DNA of 37,934 nt from Blastococcus sp. Lineage in GTDB: Bacteria > Actinomycetota > Actinomycetes > Mycobacteriales > Geodermatophilaceae. The stretch is taken from assembly GCA_035642035.1 (NCBI GenBank), contig DASQTE010000222.1, positions 1 to 37,934 of the forward strand. Direction: 5' to 3'. Below, piece after piece: positions 7,819 through 15,443 of the stretch. A model generated the notes under the pieces. That model did not search any database, was not told the origin of the DNA, and was given only the letters and a program-made list of their open reading frames with translations. The translations under genes were made by a program, and so were the position numbers. How positions within the stretch are numbered: the first letter of the stretch is position 1; the number at the start of each line of letters is the position of its first letter.

Positions 7819-10281
7819 TCAGGTCCTTCCGTCGAGGAGCTCGGCGAGGTCGGCCAGCACGGGGCGGCCGGCGACGTCCGTGGGTGTCACGGCGCGGTCG
7901 AGGGCGACGGCGAGCTTCACCGCCGACAGGGAGGTGCCGCCCAGGTCGAGGAAGGAGTCCCGGCGGCCGATCCGGTCCTCGGGGATGCCGAGGACGGCCG
8001 CCCACGCGGCCACGAGGCGTCGCTCCGTCGGGGTGGCCGGCGCCGCGAACTCCTTCTCCAGCGGGTCGAGGTCCGCCGCGAGCGCGGTCAGCGTCGTCCG
8101 GTCGATCTTGCCGTTGCCGGTGAGCGGCAGCGTCTCGCGCCAGGAGAAGGTCGACGGCAGCATGTACTCGGGCAGCGTGGCGGCCAGGGCGGACCGCAGG
8201 ACGTCGGCCGGCAGCGGTCCGGGCCCGGTGTAGAAGGCCACCAGGTGCCGGCTGCGGTCCGCCCCGTCGGCGACCACCACCGCGCCGTCCCGGACCCCGT
8301 CCGCGCGCAGCAGCGCGTTCTCGATCTCGCCGATCTCGATGCGGAAGCCGCGGATCTTGACCTGGTCGTCGCGGCGGCCGAGGAAGTCCAGCTTCCAGTC
8401 AGGCAGCCACCGGCCGTAGTCGCCGGTGCGGCAGACCCGGGAGCCCGGCCGGTTGGGGTCCGGCCCGAACGAGCGGGCGGTGCGCTCGGGGTCGTTGACG
8501 TACCCGCGCCCGACGCAGACCCCGGAGAACACGATCAGGCCCGGCGCGCCCAGCGGCACGGGGCGGCCGTGCTCGTCGACCACGTCGACGTGGACGTTGA
8601 TGATCGGCCGGCCGAGCGGGATCCGCTCGCCGTCGGGCACGCGGTGCATCACCTCGTGCACGGCGTCGTCGGAGGTCTCGGTGAGCCCGTAGGTGTTGAC
8701 CAGCGGGATGCCCGGCTGGGCGGCGAACCAGCGCTCGACGAGGTCCTTCTTCAGGAAGTCGCCCGTCGGCGAGACGCAGTGCAGGGACGGCAGCTCGCGC
8801 GGGTGCTGCTCGAGGTAGGTGAGGACGACGTCGAGGTAGGACGGCACGGCCTGCAGCACGCCGGCCCCGCTCTCCACCAGGGTGTCGACCAGCCGCTCGG
8901 CGTCGAGGATGACGTCCGGGTCGACGATCACGCTGCGGCCGCCGACCAGCAGGGCCGCGACCAGCTGCCACACCGAGATGTCGAAGCACTGCGGCCCGGT
9001 CTGCGGTACGACCTCGCCCTCGCCGATGCCGAGGTCGAGGATCTTGGCGTAGACGTGGTTGAGCATCCCGGCGTGCTCGCACATGACGCCCTTCGGCTCC
9101 CCGGTGGAGCCGGAGGTGAACAGCACGTAGGCGAGCTGGTCGGCGCCGACCGGCACGCCGAGCGGTCCGTCCGGACGGTCCTCGGCCAGGGCGGCGTCCA
9201 GGAACAGCGTCCCGGTGGCCGGCAGGCCGGTCAGCGCCTGGTCGAGCGTCGTGGTGCTGCCGTGCTCGGTGAGCACGAGCCGGCAGTCCGCGCGCGCCAG
9301 GGCCGCGGCGATCCGCCCGGGCGGGAAGTGCGGCTCGAGGGGGAGGTAGGCGGCGCCGGCCTTCCAGATGGCCAGGACGGCGGTCATCCAGTCGAGGTTG
9401 CGCTCGGTCACCACCGCGACGATCTGCTCCCGCTGCACCCCGCGGGCCAGCAGCGCCCGGGCCAGCCGGTTGGCGCGCGCGTCGAGCGCGCCGTACGTCA
9501 GCCGGTCGTCCCCGTGCACCGCCGCGACGGCGTCCGGGTGCGCGGCGGCCCGCGCCTCGAACAGCTCGTGCACCCGGCGGTCGGGGAGCTCGTGCCGCGG
9601 ACCGGCCAGCCCGTCGAGCTGGACGGCCAGCTCGTCCTCCGACAGCAGGGTCTGCGTCGCCGGATCGGCGTCCGGATCGGCCGCGAGCTGGACGAGCGCG
9701 GCCCGGTGGTAGCCCGCGACGCGCTCGGCGGCGATCCGGTCCAGCGCGTCGGTGCGGTAGCGGAGCTCCAGGAGCCACGGCCCGGACCGGTCGAGCGCCA
9801 CGCCGAGGACGGCGCCCGGGGGGAGGTCGCCGGCCGCGCCGACCGGGTCGACGACCGCCTCGAACTGCGTCGGCACGTCCAGGTCGCGGCGCAGGTCGTC
9901 GACCGGGAAGGGGGAGTGCTCGCGCAGGGCCGACTCGGCGCCGGCCGCGGTCAGCACGAGCTCCCGCCAGCTCGCGCCGGTCGCCAGCCGGCAGGGGAGC
10001 GGCGTCGCGTCGCTGCCGGTGACGTACCCGGTGACGACCTCGCGTTCGCCGGTGAGCGCGCTGAGCACCCGCGCGTGGGCGGCCAGCAGCAACGACGAGA
10101 CAGGCACCCCGAGCGCGCCGGCCACCCTGCCCAGGGCGGCGGGGACGTCGTCGGGCAGCGCGGTCTCGAGCCGGCCCTCGCCAGGGACGGGGCGGCGGGT
10201 CCAGCGCGGGACCCCGGAGAACCCACCCGTGAGCAGCACGTCGCGCCAGAACGCCCGGTCGGTGTCGGCGAGGACGGTCAT
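7819..10281 (-). CDS. Stand-alone NRPS module: truncated condensation-like region, adenylation domain, carrier (T) domain; no TE
   Basis: ATG 10281 (ATGA overlap); A-domain cores LTYGALDARAN, KAGAAYLPL, LAYVLFTSGSTGEPKG, FDIS, NTYGLTE, CRTGD, GRRDDQVKIRGFRIEIGEIE, LPEYMLP, NGKIDR; T domain SFLDLGGTSL; 820 aa. Confidence 0.93.
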   Translation of the reverse strand: MTVLADTDRAFWRDVLLTGGFSGVPRWTRRPVPGEGRLETALPDDVPAALGRVAGALGVPVSSLLLAAHARVLSALTGEREVVTGYVTGSDATPLPCRLATGASWRELVLTAAGAESALREHSPFPVDDLRRDLDVPTQFEAVVDPVGAAGDLPPGAVLGVALDRSGPWLLELRYRTDALDRIAAERVAGYHRAALVQLAADPDADPATQTLLSEDELAVQLDGLAGPRHELPDRRVHELFEARAAAHPDAVAAVHGDDRLTYGALDARANRLARALLARGVQREQIVAVVTERNLDWMTAVLAIWKAGAAYLPLEPHFPPGRIAAALARADCRLVLTEHGSTTTLDQALTGLPATGTLFLDAALAEDRPDGPLGVPVGADQLAYVLFTSGSTGEPKGVMCEHAGMLNHVYAKILDLGIGEGEVVPQTGPQCFDISVWQLVAALLVGGRSVIVDPDVILDAERLVDTLVESGAGVLQAVPSYLDVVLTYLEQHPRELPSLHCVSPTGDFLKKDLVERWFAAQPGIPLVNTYGLTETSDDAVHEVMHRVPDGERIPLGRPIINVHVDVVDEHGRPVPLGAPGLIVFSGVCVGRGYVNDPERTARSFGPDPNRPGSRVCRTGDYGRWLPDWKLDFLGRRDDQVKIRGFRIEIGEIENALLRADGVRDGAVVVADGADRSRHLVAFYTGPGPLPADVLRSALAATLPEYMLPSTFSWRETLPLTGNGKIDRTTLTALAADLDPLEKEFAAPATPTERRLVAAWAAVLGIPEDRIGRRDSFLDLGGTSLSAVKLAVALDRAVTPTDVAGRPVLADLAELLDGRT

Positions 10282-13160
10282 CCCGAGGCTCCTCTCCGCA
10301 TCGCCGCGGCCCGGCGTGGGCGCGGCGCCGCGCGCAGCCGGCCCCGCACGCCGGAGGCAGGTCGGGCCACCGTGGCCGGGCGCGCGTCGGCGGGCCGGGG
10401 TCCGCCCACGGCCGTCGGCTGCCGCGGCACGGGCAGGCGTGGCTCCTCCAGCCGCATGTCGCGGGCGGGGTTGCCGCCCCAGCGGGCGTCCGCGGGCATC
10501 TCCTCGCCCTTCATGAGGAACGCGTCGGCGGCCACCTCGGCGCCGTCGCCGATGGACGTCCCGTAGTGGACCAGCGCCCCGACGCCGACCGTGCAGCGCG
10601 AACCGACCGCGATGCGGTCGGACTTGAACGCGTAGTCCTCCTGCGAGTGGCACTGGAGGTTGCTGCCGAGGTTGAACGTGACGTCGTCGCCGATCGACAC
10701 GAGGTTCTTCTCCGCGAAGCCGCAGCCGTCGTCGAACAGCCGCTTGCCCACCCGCATGCCGAGCAGCCGCAGGACCGGCGCCTTGAAGGGCGTCCCGTTG
10801 AGCACGATGATCGCGTCGGCGGTGTGCTTGAAGAACCGTTCCACCTGCCAGAACTGCTTGTCGTAGATGGAGCAGTACGCGGGACGCAGGCCGCGGAAGC
10901 CGGTGGAGGCGCGTTCCACCAGCACGGAGTAGAGGACGACGAAGACGAGGAGGAAGACCGTGCTCGCCGCCACGGCCCGCGCTCCCCACGCCTGGTACAG
11001 GTCCGCCGTGACGAAGCCGACGACGAACGTGACGAACGCGAAGAACCAGTGCGAGAGCAGCGAGAAGCCGATCGTGGCGAGGTTGTGCCGGTTCTTCGCC
11101 GCCAGCCGTCGGGGGACGTCGGGCGCGTGGGCCCTCTGCACGAAGTGGCTGTCCCGCTCGACCGTGCGCGGGATCTCGAAGCTCGGCGACCCCAGCAGAC
11201 CGACGTCCTCCCGGATCGGGCCGTCGACGGGCACCATGACCTTCGTCGCCAGCAGGCAGTTGTCCCGGGTCCGGCTGCCTGCCGGGTAGGCGATCATGTT
11301 GCCGAGGAAGTTGTGCGCACCGATCGTGGCCCGCGTCAACCGGAACGACGAGCTCGAGTAGTGCGCGTTGAGCAGGGAGAGCTCGCTGGCGCAGACCGTG
11401 CCTGTCCCCACCGTGACCAGGAACGGCGACTCGTGCTTCACGTCGGTGCCGAAGTTCGACCCGCTCTGCACGACCGGGGTGAGGTGGTACCCGATGCCGC
11501 GGAGGTAGGGGACGATGTAGGAGCTGTCGCCGAACAGAGCCGTCAGGAACTTGTCGTTGGAGAGGCGCGACTGCGCGCGGTGCACGCCGTAGTGCCACCC
11601 GTAGAGCGGGTAGACCCGGTCGGGGCGCAGCCAGCGGTCCAGCAGCCGCGGAACGGTCAGCACGGAGACGAGCCGCAGGAACAGGAAGCCGAAGTAGAAG
11701 ACCGCCGACACGACGAGGGCGGTCCCGTAGAACGACCAGCTCGTGAAGACGACGTGCGAGGGGTCGAGCAGCGCGGCCAGCCAGGGGATCGCGTCGAGCA
11801 GCGTGGCCAGCGCCCCGAACGACAGCGGCAGGTACACCAGGGCGAGGGTGAGCAGCTGCAGCGCGGCGTAGGTGACCTTCCGCCGGCGGCTGGGCGGGAG
11901 CGGGGGCACCCGGAGGAACTCGGTGCCGGTCCGCTCCGCCGGTGAGCCGCCCCAGTGCTCGCCGGCCGGCACGGACTGGCCGACGTGCAGCGACGACGCA
12001 TGGCCCAGCTGGGCGCCGTCCCCCATCGACGTCCCGATGTCGAGCACCGTCATCTCGCTCACCAGGACGCCGTCCCCCAGCGTCACCGGGCCCGTCTCGA
12101 TCCAGCCGGCGCGGGCGCGGTAGCACAGGAAGAACGAGTCCTTGCGGATCACCGCGTCCCGGCCGGCGGTGAACAGGTCGGCGCACACCGGCACCCGCCG
12201 GGAGTGGATCACGGCGTCGCGGCCGATCCGGGCGCCCAGCATGCGGAGGTACAGCGGGTAGACCGGCGAGCCGGCGAAGAGCACCAGCGGGTTGGCCGTG
12301 ACCAGGGTCTTGACCACCCAGAACCGGTAGTACGCCAGGCCCCAGACGGGGAAGCGCCGCGGCGTCCAGCGGCCGACGAGCAGCCACTTGGCGACGACCG
12401 GGAACAGGCAGACCACGAGGAAGTAGGCGCTGCCGACCGCGGCCGAGCGGAGGTAGTCGGAGAGCAGGCCGTCGCCCTCGGAGATCCAGTCGAAGCCGAG
12501 CTGGAAGCCGAGTGCGGCGGCGTAGGCGTACCCGACGAACGTCGCCGCCTGGGCAGCGCCGCAGACCACGTACCGAACGCTGCGGGCGCGGGCCGAGCCC
12601 TGCGCCGGCGCGGCTTCCACCGGCTCGGGCGGGGTCGGCGCGGCCGCGGTCCCCGTCACGGCCAGCGCCGCCGCCAGGGATGCGACCGTCGGGTGCCGGT
12701 AGACGTCGGTGATGGCGACCGGGGGCAGGTCGCCCCGCTTGCGGACCTTGGCGCAGAACCGGGTCATCGACATGGAGTCGGCGCCCAGGTCGTCGAAGAA
12801 GTGGGCGTCGACCGGGACCCGGTCCACGTCCAGGACTCCGGCCAGCACCTCGGCGAAGCCGTCCTCGACGGGCGTCGAGACCGACGCGGCCTTCTCGCGG
12901 GCGAGCCCGCGCACGGAAGGGAAGCGGTAGACGTCGGTCATGGAGACGGCGGGCAGGTCCGGGACCTTCCGCACCCTGGCGCAGAACCGCGCCATCAGCA
13001 TGGAGTCGGCGCCCAGGTCGTCGAAGAAGTGGCTGTCCACCGGCACCTCGTCGACCGCCAGGACGGCGGCCAGGGCGGCGGCGTAGCCGCACTCGGCCGC
13101 GGCGACACCGCGGCCCAGGCTGTCGACGTCCGTCGGCGGCAGTTGCTGGTCGAGTGACAT
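10278..13160 (-). CDS. Pls/PosA-family membrane NRPS-like polymerase lacking an A domain: T-T followed by three (TM-pair + left-handed beta-helix 'C') repeats
   Basis: ATG 13160; two FFDDLGADSM carrier motifs; six hydrophobic segments in three pairs; Pls-type signatures KWLLVGRW, WGLAYYRFW, LFAGSP..YLRMLGARIG, HWGGSPA, GLLGSPSFEIP, LRLLGMRVG, LQCHSQED..FKSD, FLMKGE...W.GNPA; 960 aa. Confidence 0.88.
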   Translation of the reverse strand: MSLDQQLPPTDVDSLGRGVAAAECGYAAALAAVLAVDEVPVDSHFFDDLGADSMLMARFCARVRKVPDLPAVSMTDVYRFPSVRGLAREKAASVSTPVEDGFAEVLAGVLDVDRVPVDAHFFDDLGADSMSMTRFCAKVRKRGDLPPVAITDVYRHPTVASLAAALAVTGTAAAPTPPEPVEAAPAQGSARARSVRYVVCGAAQAATFVGYAYAAALGFQLGFDWISEGDGLLSDYLRSAAVGSAYFLVVCLFPVVAKWLLVGRWTPRRFPVWGLAYYRFWVVKTLVTANPLVLFAGSPVYPLYLRMLGARIGRDAVIHSRRVPVCADLFTAGRDAVIRKDSFFLCYRARAGWIETGPVTLGDGVLVSEMTVLDIGTSMGDGAQLGHASSLHVGQSVPAGEHWGGSPAERTGTEFLRVPPLPPSRRRKVTYAALQLLTLALVYLPLSFGALATLLDAIPWLAALLDPSHVVFTSWSFYGTALVVSAVFYFGFLFLRLVSVLTVPRLLDRWLRPDRVYPLYGWHYGVHRAQSRLSNDKFLTALFGDSSYIVPYLRGIGYHLTPVVQSGSNFGTDVKHESPFLVTVGTGTVCASELSLLNAHYSSSSFRLTRATIGAHNFLGNMIAYPAGSRTRDNCLLATKVMVPVDGPIREDVGLLGSPSFEIPRTVERDSHFVQRAHAPDVPRRLAAKNRHNLATIGFSLLSHWFFAFVTFVVGFVTADLYQAWGARAVAASTVFLLVFVVLYSVLVERASTGFRGLRPAYCSIYDKQFWQVERFFKHTADAIIVLNGTPFKAPVLRLLGMRVGKRLFDDGCGFAEKNLVSIGDDVTFNLGSNLQCHSQEDYAFKSDRIAVGSRCTVGVGALVHYGTSIGDGAEVAADAFLMKGEEMPADARWGGNPARDMRLEEPRLPVPRQPTAVGGPRPADARPATVARPASGVRGRLRAAPRPRRAAAMRRGASG
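12771..13032. repeat. Exact 34-bp direct repeat (12771-12804 and 12999-13032; period 228 bp = 76 codons) marking the tandem carrier-domain duplication
   Basis: catggagtcggcgcccaggtcgtcgaagaagtgg occurs twice and encodes HFFDDLGADSM on the minus strand. Confidence 0.92.
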
Positions 13161-13167
13161 GCCGGCC

Positions 13168-14193
13168 TCAGGGGACCAGGGTGCCCGCGGCGTCGCCGCT
13201 CCGGGCCCTGCCGTTGGTGGACGGGTCGAGGGATGACGGATCGGCCAGCGTGCCGGCGCCGAACAGCTCCTGCACCCAGTGCGTCTGGTAGACGGTGTCG
13301 AGGTACCGCTCACCGAGATCCGGCGCGATGGCCACCGCGGTGAGCTCCCGCGCGTGCTGCCGGTCGAGCCATGCCATCGCCCCGCTGACGACGGTGCCGG
13401 TCGAGCCGCCGAACAGGAAGCCGTGGCGGGCCAGGCGGTGGCAGGCGCGGATGGTGTCGGCCTCCTCCACGTGCACGACGTCGTCGATGTAGGACTCGTC
13501 GAGCAACGGCGGCCGGACGCTCGTGCCGAGACCGGGGATCATCCGGCGCGCCGGAGCGTGGCCGAAGGTCACCGAGCCGACCGCGTCCACCGCCACGACC
13601 AGCACCGGCCGGTGCCAGCTCCGGAAGAAGCGCGCGCAGCCCATGAGGGTCCCGGTGGTGCCGGCCCCGACGAAGAGCACGTCCAGGTCCGGGAAGTGGG
13701 CCGCGATCGCCGGCGCCGTCCGGCGGGCGTGCGCCTGCCAGTTGCCCGGGTTGCTGTACTGGTTGAGCCACACGTACCGGTCGTCGGACCGGCAGGCCGC
13801 CCGCACGTACGCGAGCCGGGCACCGAGCAGGCCGCCCACCGGGTCCGGCTCGGTGACGATGTGCACCTGGCTGCCCAGCGCCTCCATGAGCCGGCGGGTC
13901 GGCAGGTTGCACCGGGAGTCGGTGACGCACAGGAAGCGGTAGCCCTTGCTGGCGGCGAGGATGCTGAGCGCGACCCCGAGGTTCCCGGACGAGGACTCGA
14001 TGATGATCGAGTCCCGCCGGAGCAGCCCGTCCCGCTCGGCGGCCTCCACCATCTCGGTGGCGGCCTTCAGCTTGATGGAGCCGGCGAAGTTGAAGCCCTC
14101 GCACTTGAGGTACAGCGGGTGGTCGAAGAAGGACCGCAGATCGACGTAGAGGTCCTCTTCGTCGAACGCCTGGGGAGCGGTGATGACGGTCAC
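13168..14193 (-). CDS. sbnA: 2,3-diaminopropionate biosynthesis protein SbnA family (cysteine-synthase fold, PLP)
   Basis: Probable GTG 14193 after a GAGGGG RBS; LKCEGFNFAGSIKLKAA, IESSSGNLGVALS, WLNQYSNPGN, GAGTTGTLMG, RRMIPGLG, GGSTG, APDLGERYLDTVY; 341 aa. Confidence 0.93.
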   Translation of the reverse strand: MTVITAPQAFDEEDLYVDLRSFFDHPLYLKCEGFNFAGSIKLKAATEMVEAAERDGLLRRDSIIIESSSGNLGVALSILAASKGYRFLCVTDSRCNLPTRRLMEALGSQVHIVTEPDPVGGLLGARLAYVRAACRSDDRYVWLNQYSNPGNWQAHARRTAPAIAAHFPDLDVLFVGAGTTGTLMGCARFFRSWHRPVLVVAVDAVGSVTFGHAPARRMIPGLGTSVRPPLLDESYIDDVVHVEEADTIRACHRLARHGFLFGGSTGTVVSGAMAWLDRQHARELTAVAIAPDLGERYLDTVYQTHWVQELFGAGTLADPSSLDPSTNGRARSGDAAGTLVP

Positions 14194-14232
14194 GGCCGGC
14201 ACCCCCTCGCGCTCCCGAGGGCGGAGCCGGGC

Positions 14233-14249
14233 CCGTGGTCGGACCACGG
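14233..14249. promoter_or_regulatory. 17-bp palindrome CCGTGGTC-G-GACCACGG; candidate GntR/FadR-subfamily operator upstream of the BGC
   Basis: Perfect 8-bp arms with a 1-bp centre, 40 bp upstream of the sbnA start; core TGGTCNGACCA matches the FadR/LldR-type box. Confidence 0.5.
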
Positions 14250-14731
14250 CCGGTCAGCTGGATGTATGGGCAGCTCGGCATGCATCGGAGGAATCCTGTC
14301 TGCTCAGGAAATGGCATGACGGAGAGCGGGACACCGCGCGTCGCGGCGCACCGGCCAGCGGGTTCGCTCCACCCTGCGGGAGCGACCCGTTCGCCTGGAC
14401 TGGGGCAGCGCAGCGGCTCTCGCCGCGCTCGTCGTGCACGGGGGCACGCCGGTGCCCGGAAGGGGAGTACCGCCGCCGAGGGTGCACAACTGTCCCCGTT
14501 GCCTCGTCCGGACCGCTCCTGCGGCCCGCCCGCCGGCGGCAGAGGAGCGGCCGCCCGCAGGGCCGGAACGTCACTCCGATGCGCTTCAAGATGCAAGGGG
14601 TTACGCCGCGCCGGGACGCGCCCTTCTCGTAACCGCCGAGACGTCGGGACGACACGCCGCCAGCCGGTTGCACAGCGTGATCGTGGCGTGTCACGCCGAG
14701 AGGGCGCCCGGTCGGCTCGTAGCGTCTGGGA

Positions 14732-15442
14732 GTGCCCCGCTCCGCCGTCGTCGTCCTGCTCGCCGTCCTCCTCGCGCTGACCGGCTGCGAGGTCGAGTGG
14801 CGGCTCGAGTCCGGCCCGCCCGAGCCGGCCGCGTCGGTGGGCCAGGGCGACGTCCCCGCCGGCACGCTCGACCCCGTGTCCGCCGTTCCCGCGCTGGCCG
14901 GCCTCGCGGTCGCCGAGAAGGCGGCTCTGGACGGCTACGAGCGCGGGTGCGGCGAGGCGGAGGGCTGCGTCTTCGGACCGGCCTGGTCCGACGTCGACCG
15001 CAACGGCTGCGACCAGCGCAACGACGTCCTGCACCGCGACCTCACCGCGGTCGAGGTGCGCGAGGGCACCCAGGGCTGCGTGGTGGTCGCCGGGGTGCTC
15101 GACGACCCCTACACCGGCCGGACGGTCCCGTTCGAGAAGGCGTCCGCGGCCGAGGTGCCCGTCGACCACGTCGTCCCGCTGGCCGCCGCCTGGGTGCAGG
15201 GCGCGGCGGCCTGGCCGGAGGACCGGCGCGAGGCCTTCGCCAACGACCTGGCCAACCTCATGGCGACGACACGGTCGGAGAACTCGTCGAAGGGCGACTC
15301 CACCGCCGACGAGTGGGTGCCGTCGGACCCCGCGTACGGCTGCTCGTACGCGACCGTGGTGGTCACGGTGAAGTCCACCTACGCCCTGTCGGTGACCCCT
15401 GCGGAGTCCCAGGCGCTGCAGTCGCTGCTCGCGACCTGCTGA
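14732..15442 (+). CDS. Lipoprotein with HNH-type nuclease domain (DUF1524-like)
   Basis: Signal peptide with lipobox LTGC; FGPAWSDVDRNGCDQRNDVL, DPYTG, VDHVVPLAAAW, FANDLANL, NSSKGD. Confidence 0.85.
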   Translation: MPRSAVVVLLAVLLALTGCEVEWRLESGPPEPAASVGQGDVPAGTLDPVSAVPALAGLAVAEKAALDGYERGCGEAEGCVFGPAWSDVDRNGCDQRNDVLHRDLTAVEVREGTQGCVVVAGVLDDPYTGRTVPFEKASAAEVPVDHVVPLAAAWVQGAAAWPEDRREAFANDLANLMATTRSENSSKGDSTADEWVPSDPAYGCSYATVVVTVKSTYALSVTPAESQALQSLLATC

Positions 15443-15443
15443 C

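Noticed and set aside
7819-13092. 1757-aa 'giant NRPS' ORF
   Set aside because: The portion upstream of 10281 is an off-frame reading of the Pls-like gene with no domain motifs; the ATGA overlap at 10278-10281 marks two separate genes, not a frameshifted single gene.
5796-14193. Staphyloferrin B-type siderophore cluster
   Set aside because: Only SbnA/SbnB homologues are present; no IucA/IucC synthetases, decarboxylase or siderophore transport genes, and no IdeR/DtxR-like box was noticed.
14250-14731. Known riboswitch (c-di-AMP/ydaO, cobalamin) or a CDS in the BGC leader
   Set aside because: Conserved cores of these riboswitches were not found by eye, and the overlapping ORFs have shadow-like composition; an Rfam scan is needed to exclude an RNA element fully.
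14732-15442. HNH protein as a defence or mobile-element nuclease
   Set aside because: It has a lipoprotein signal and no neighbouring methylase, integrase or immunity gene; more likely a surface nuclease.
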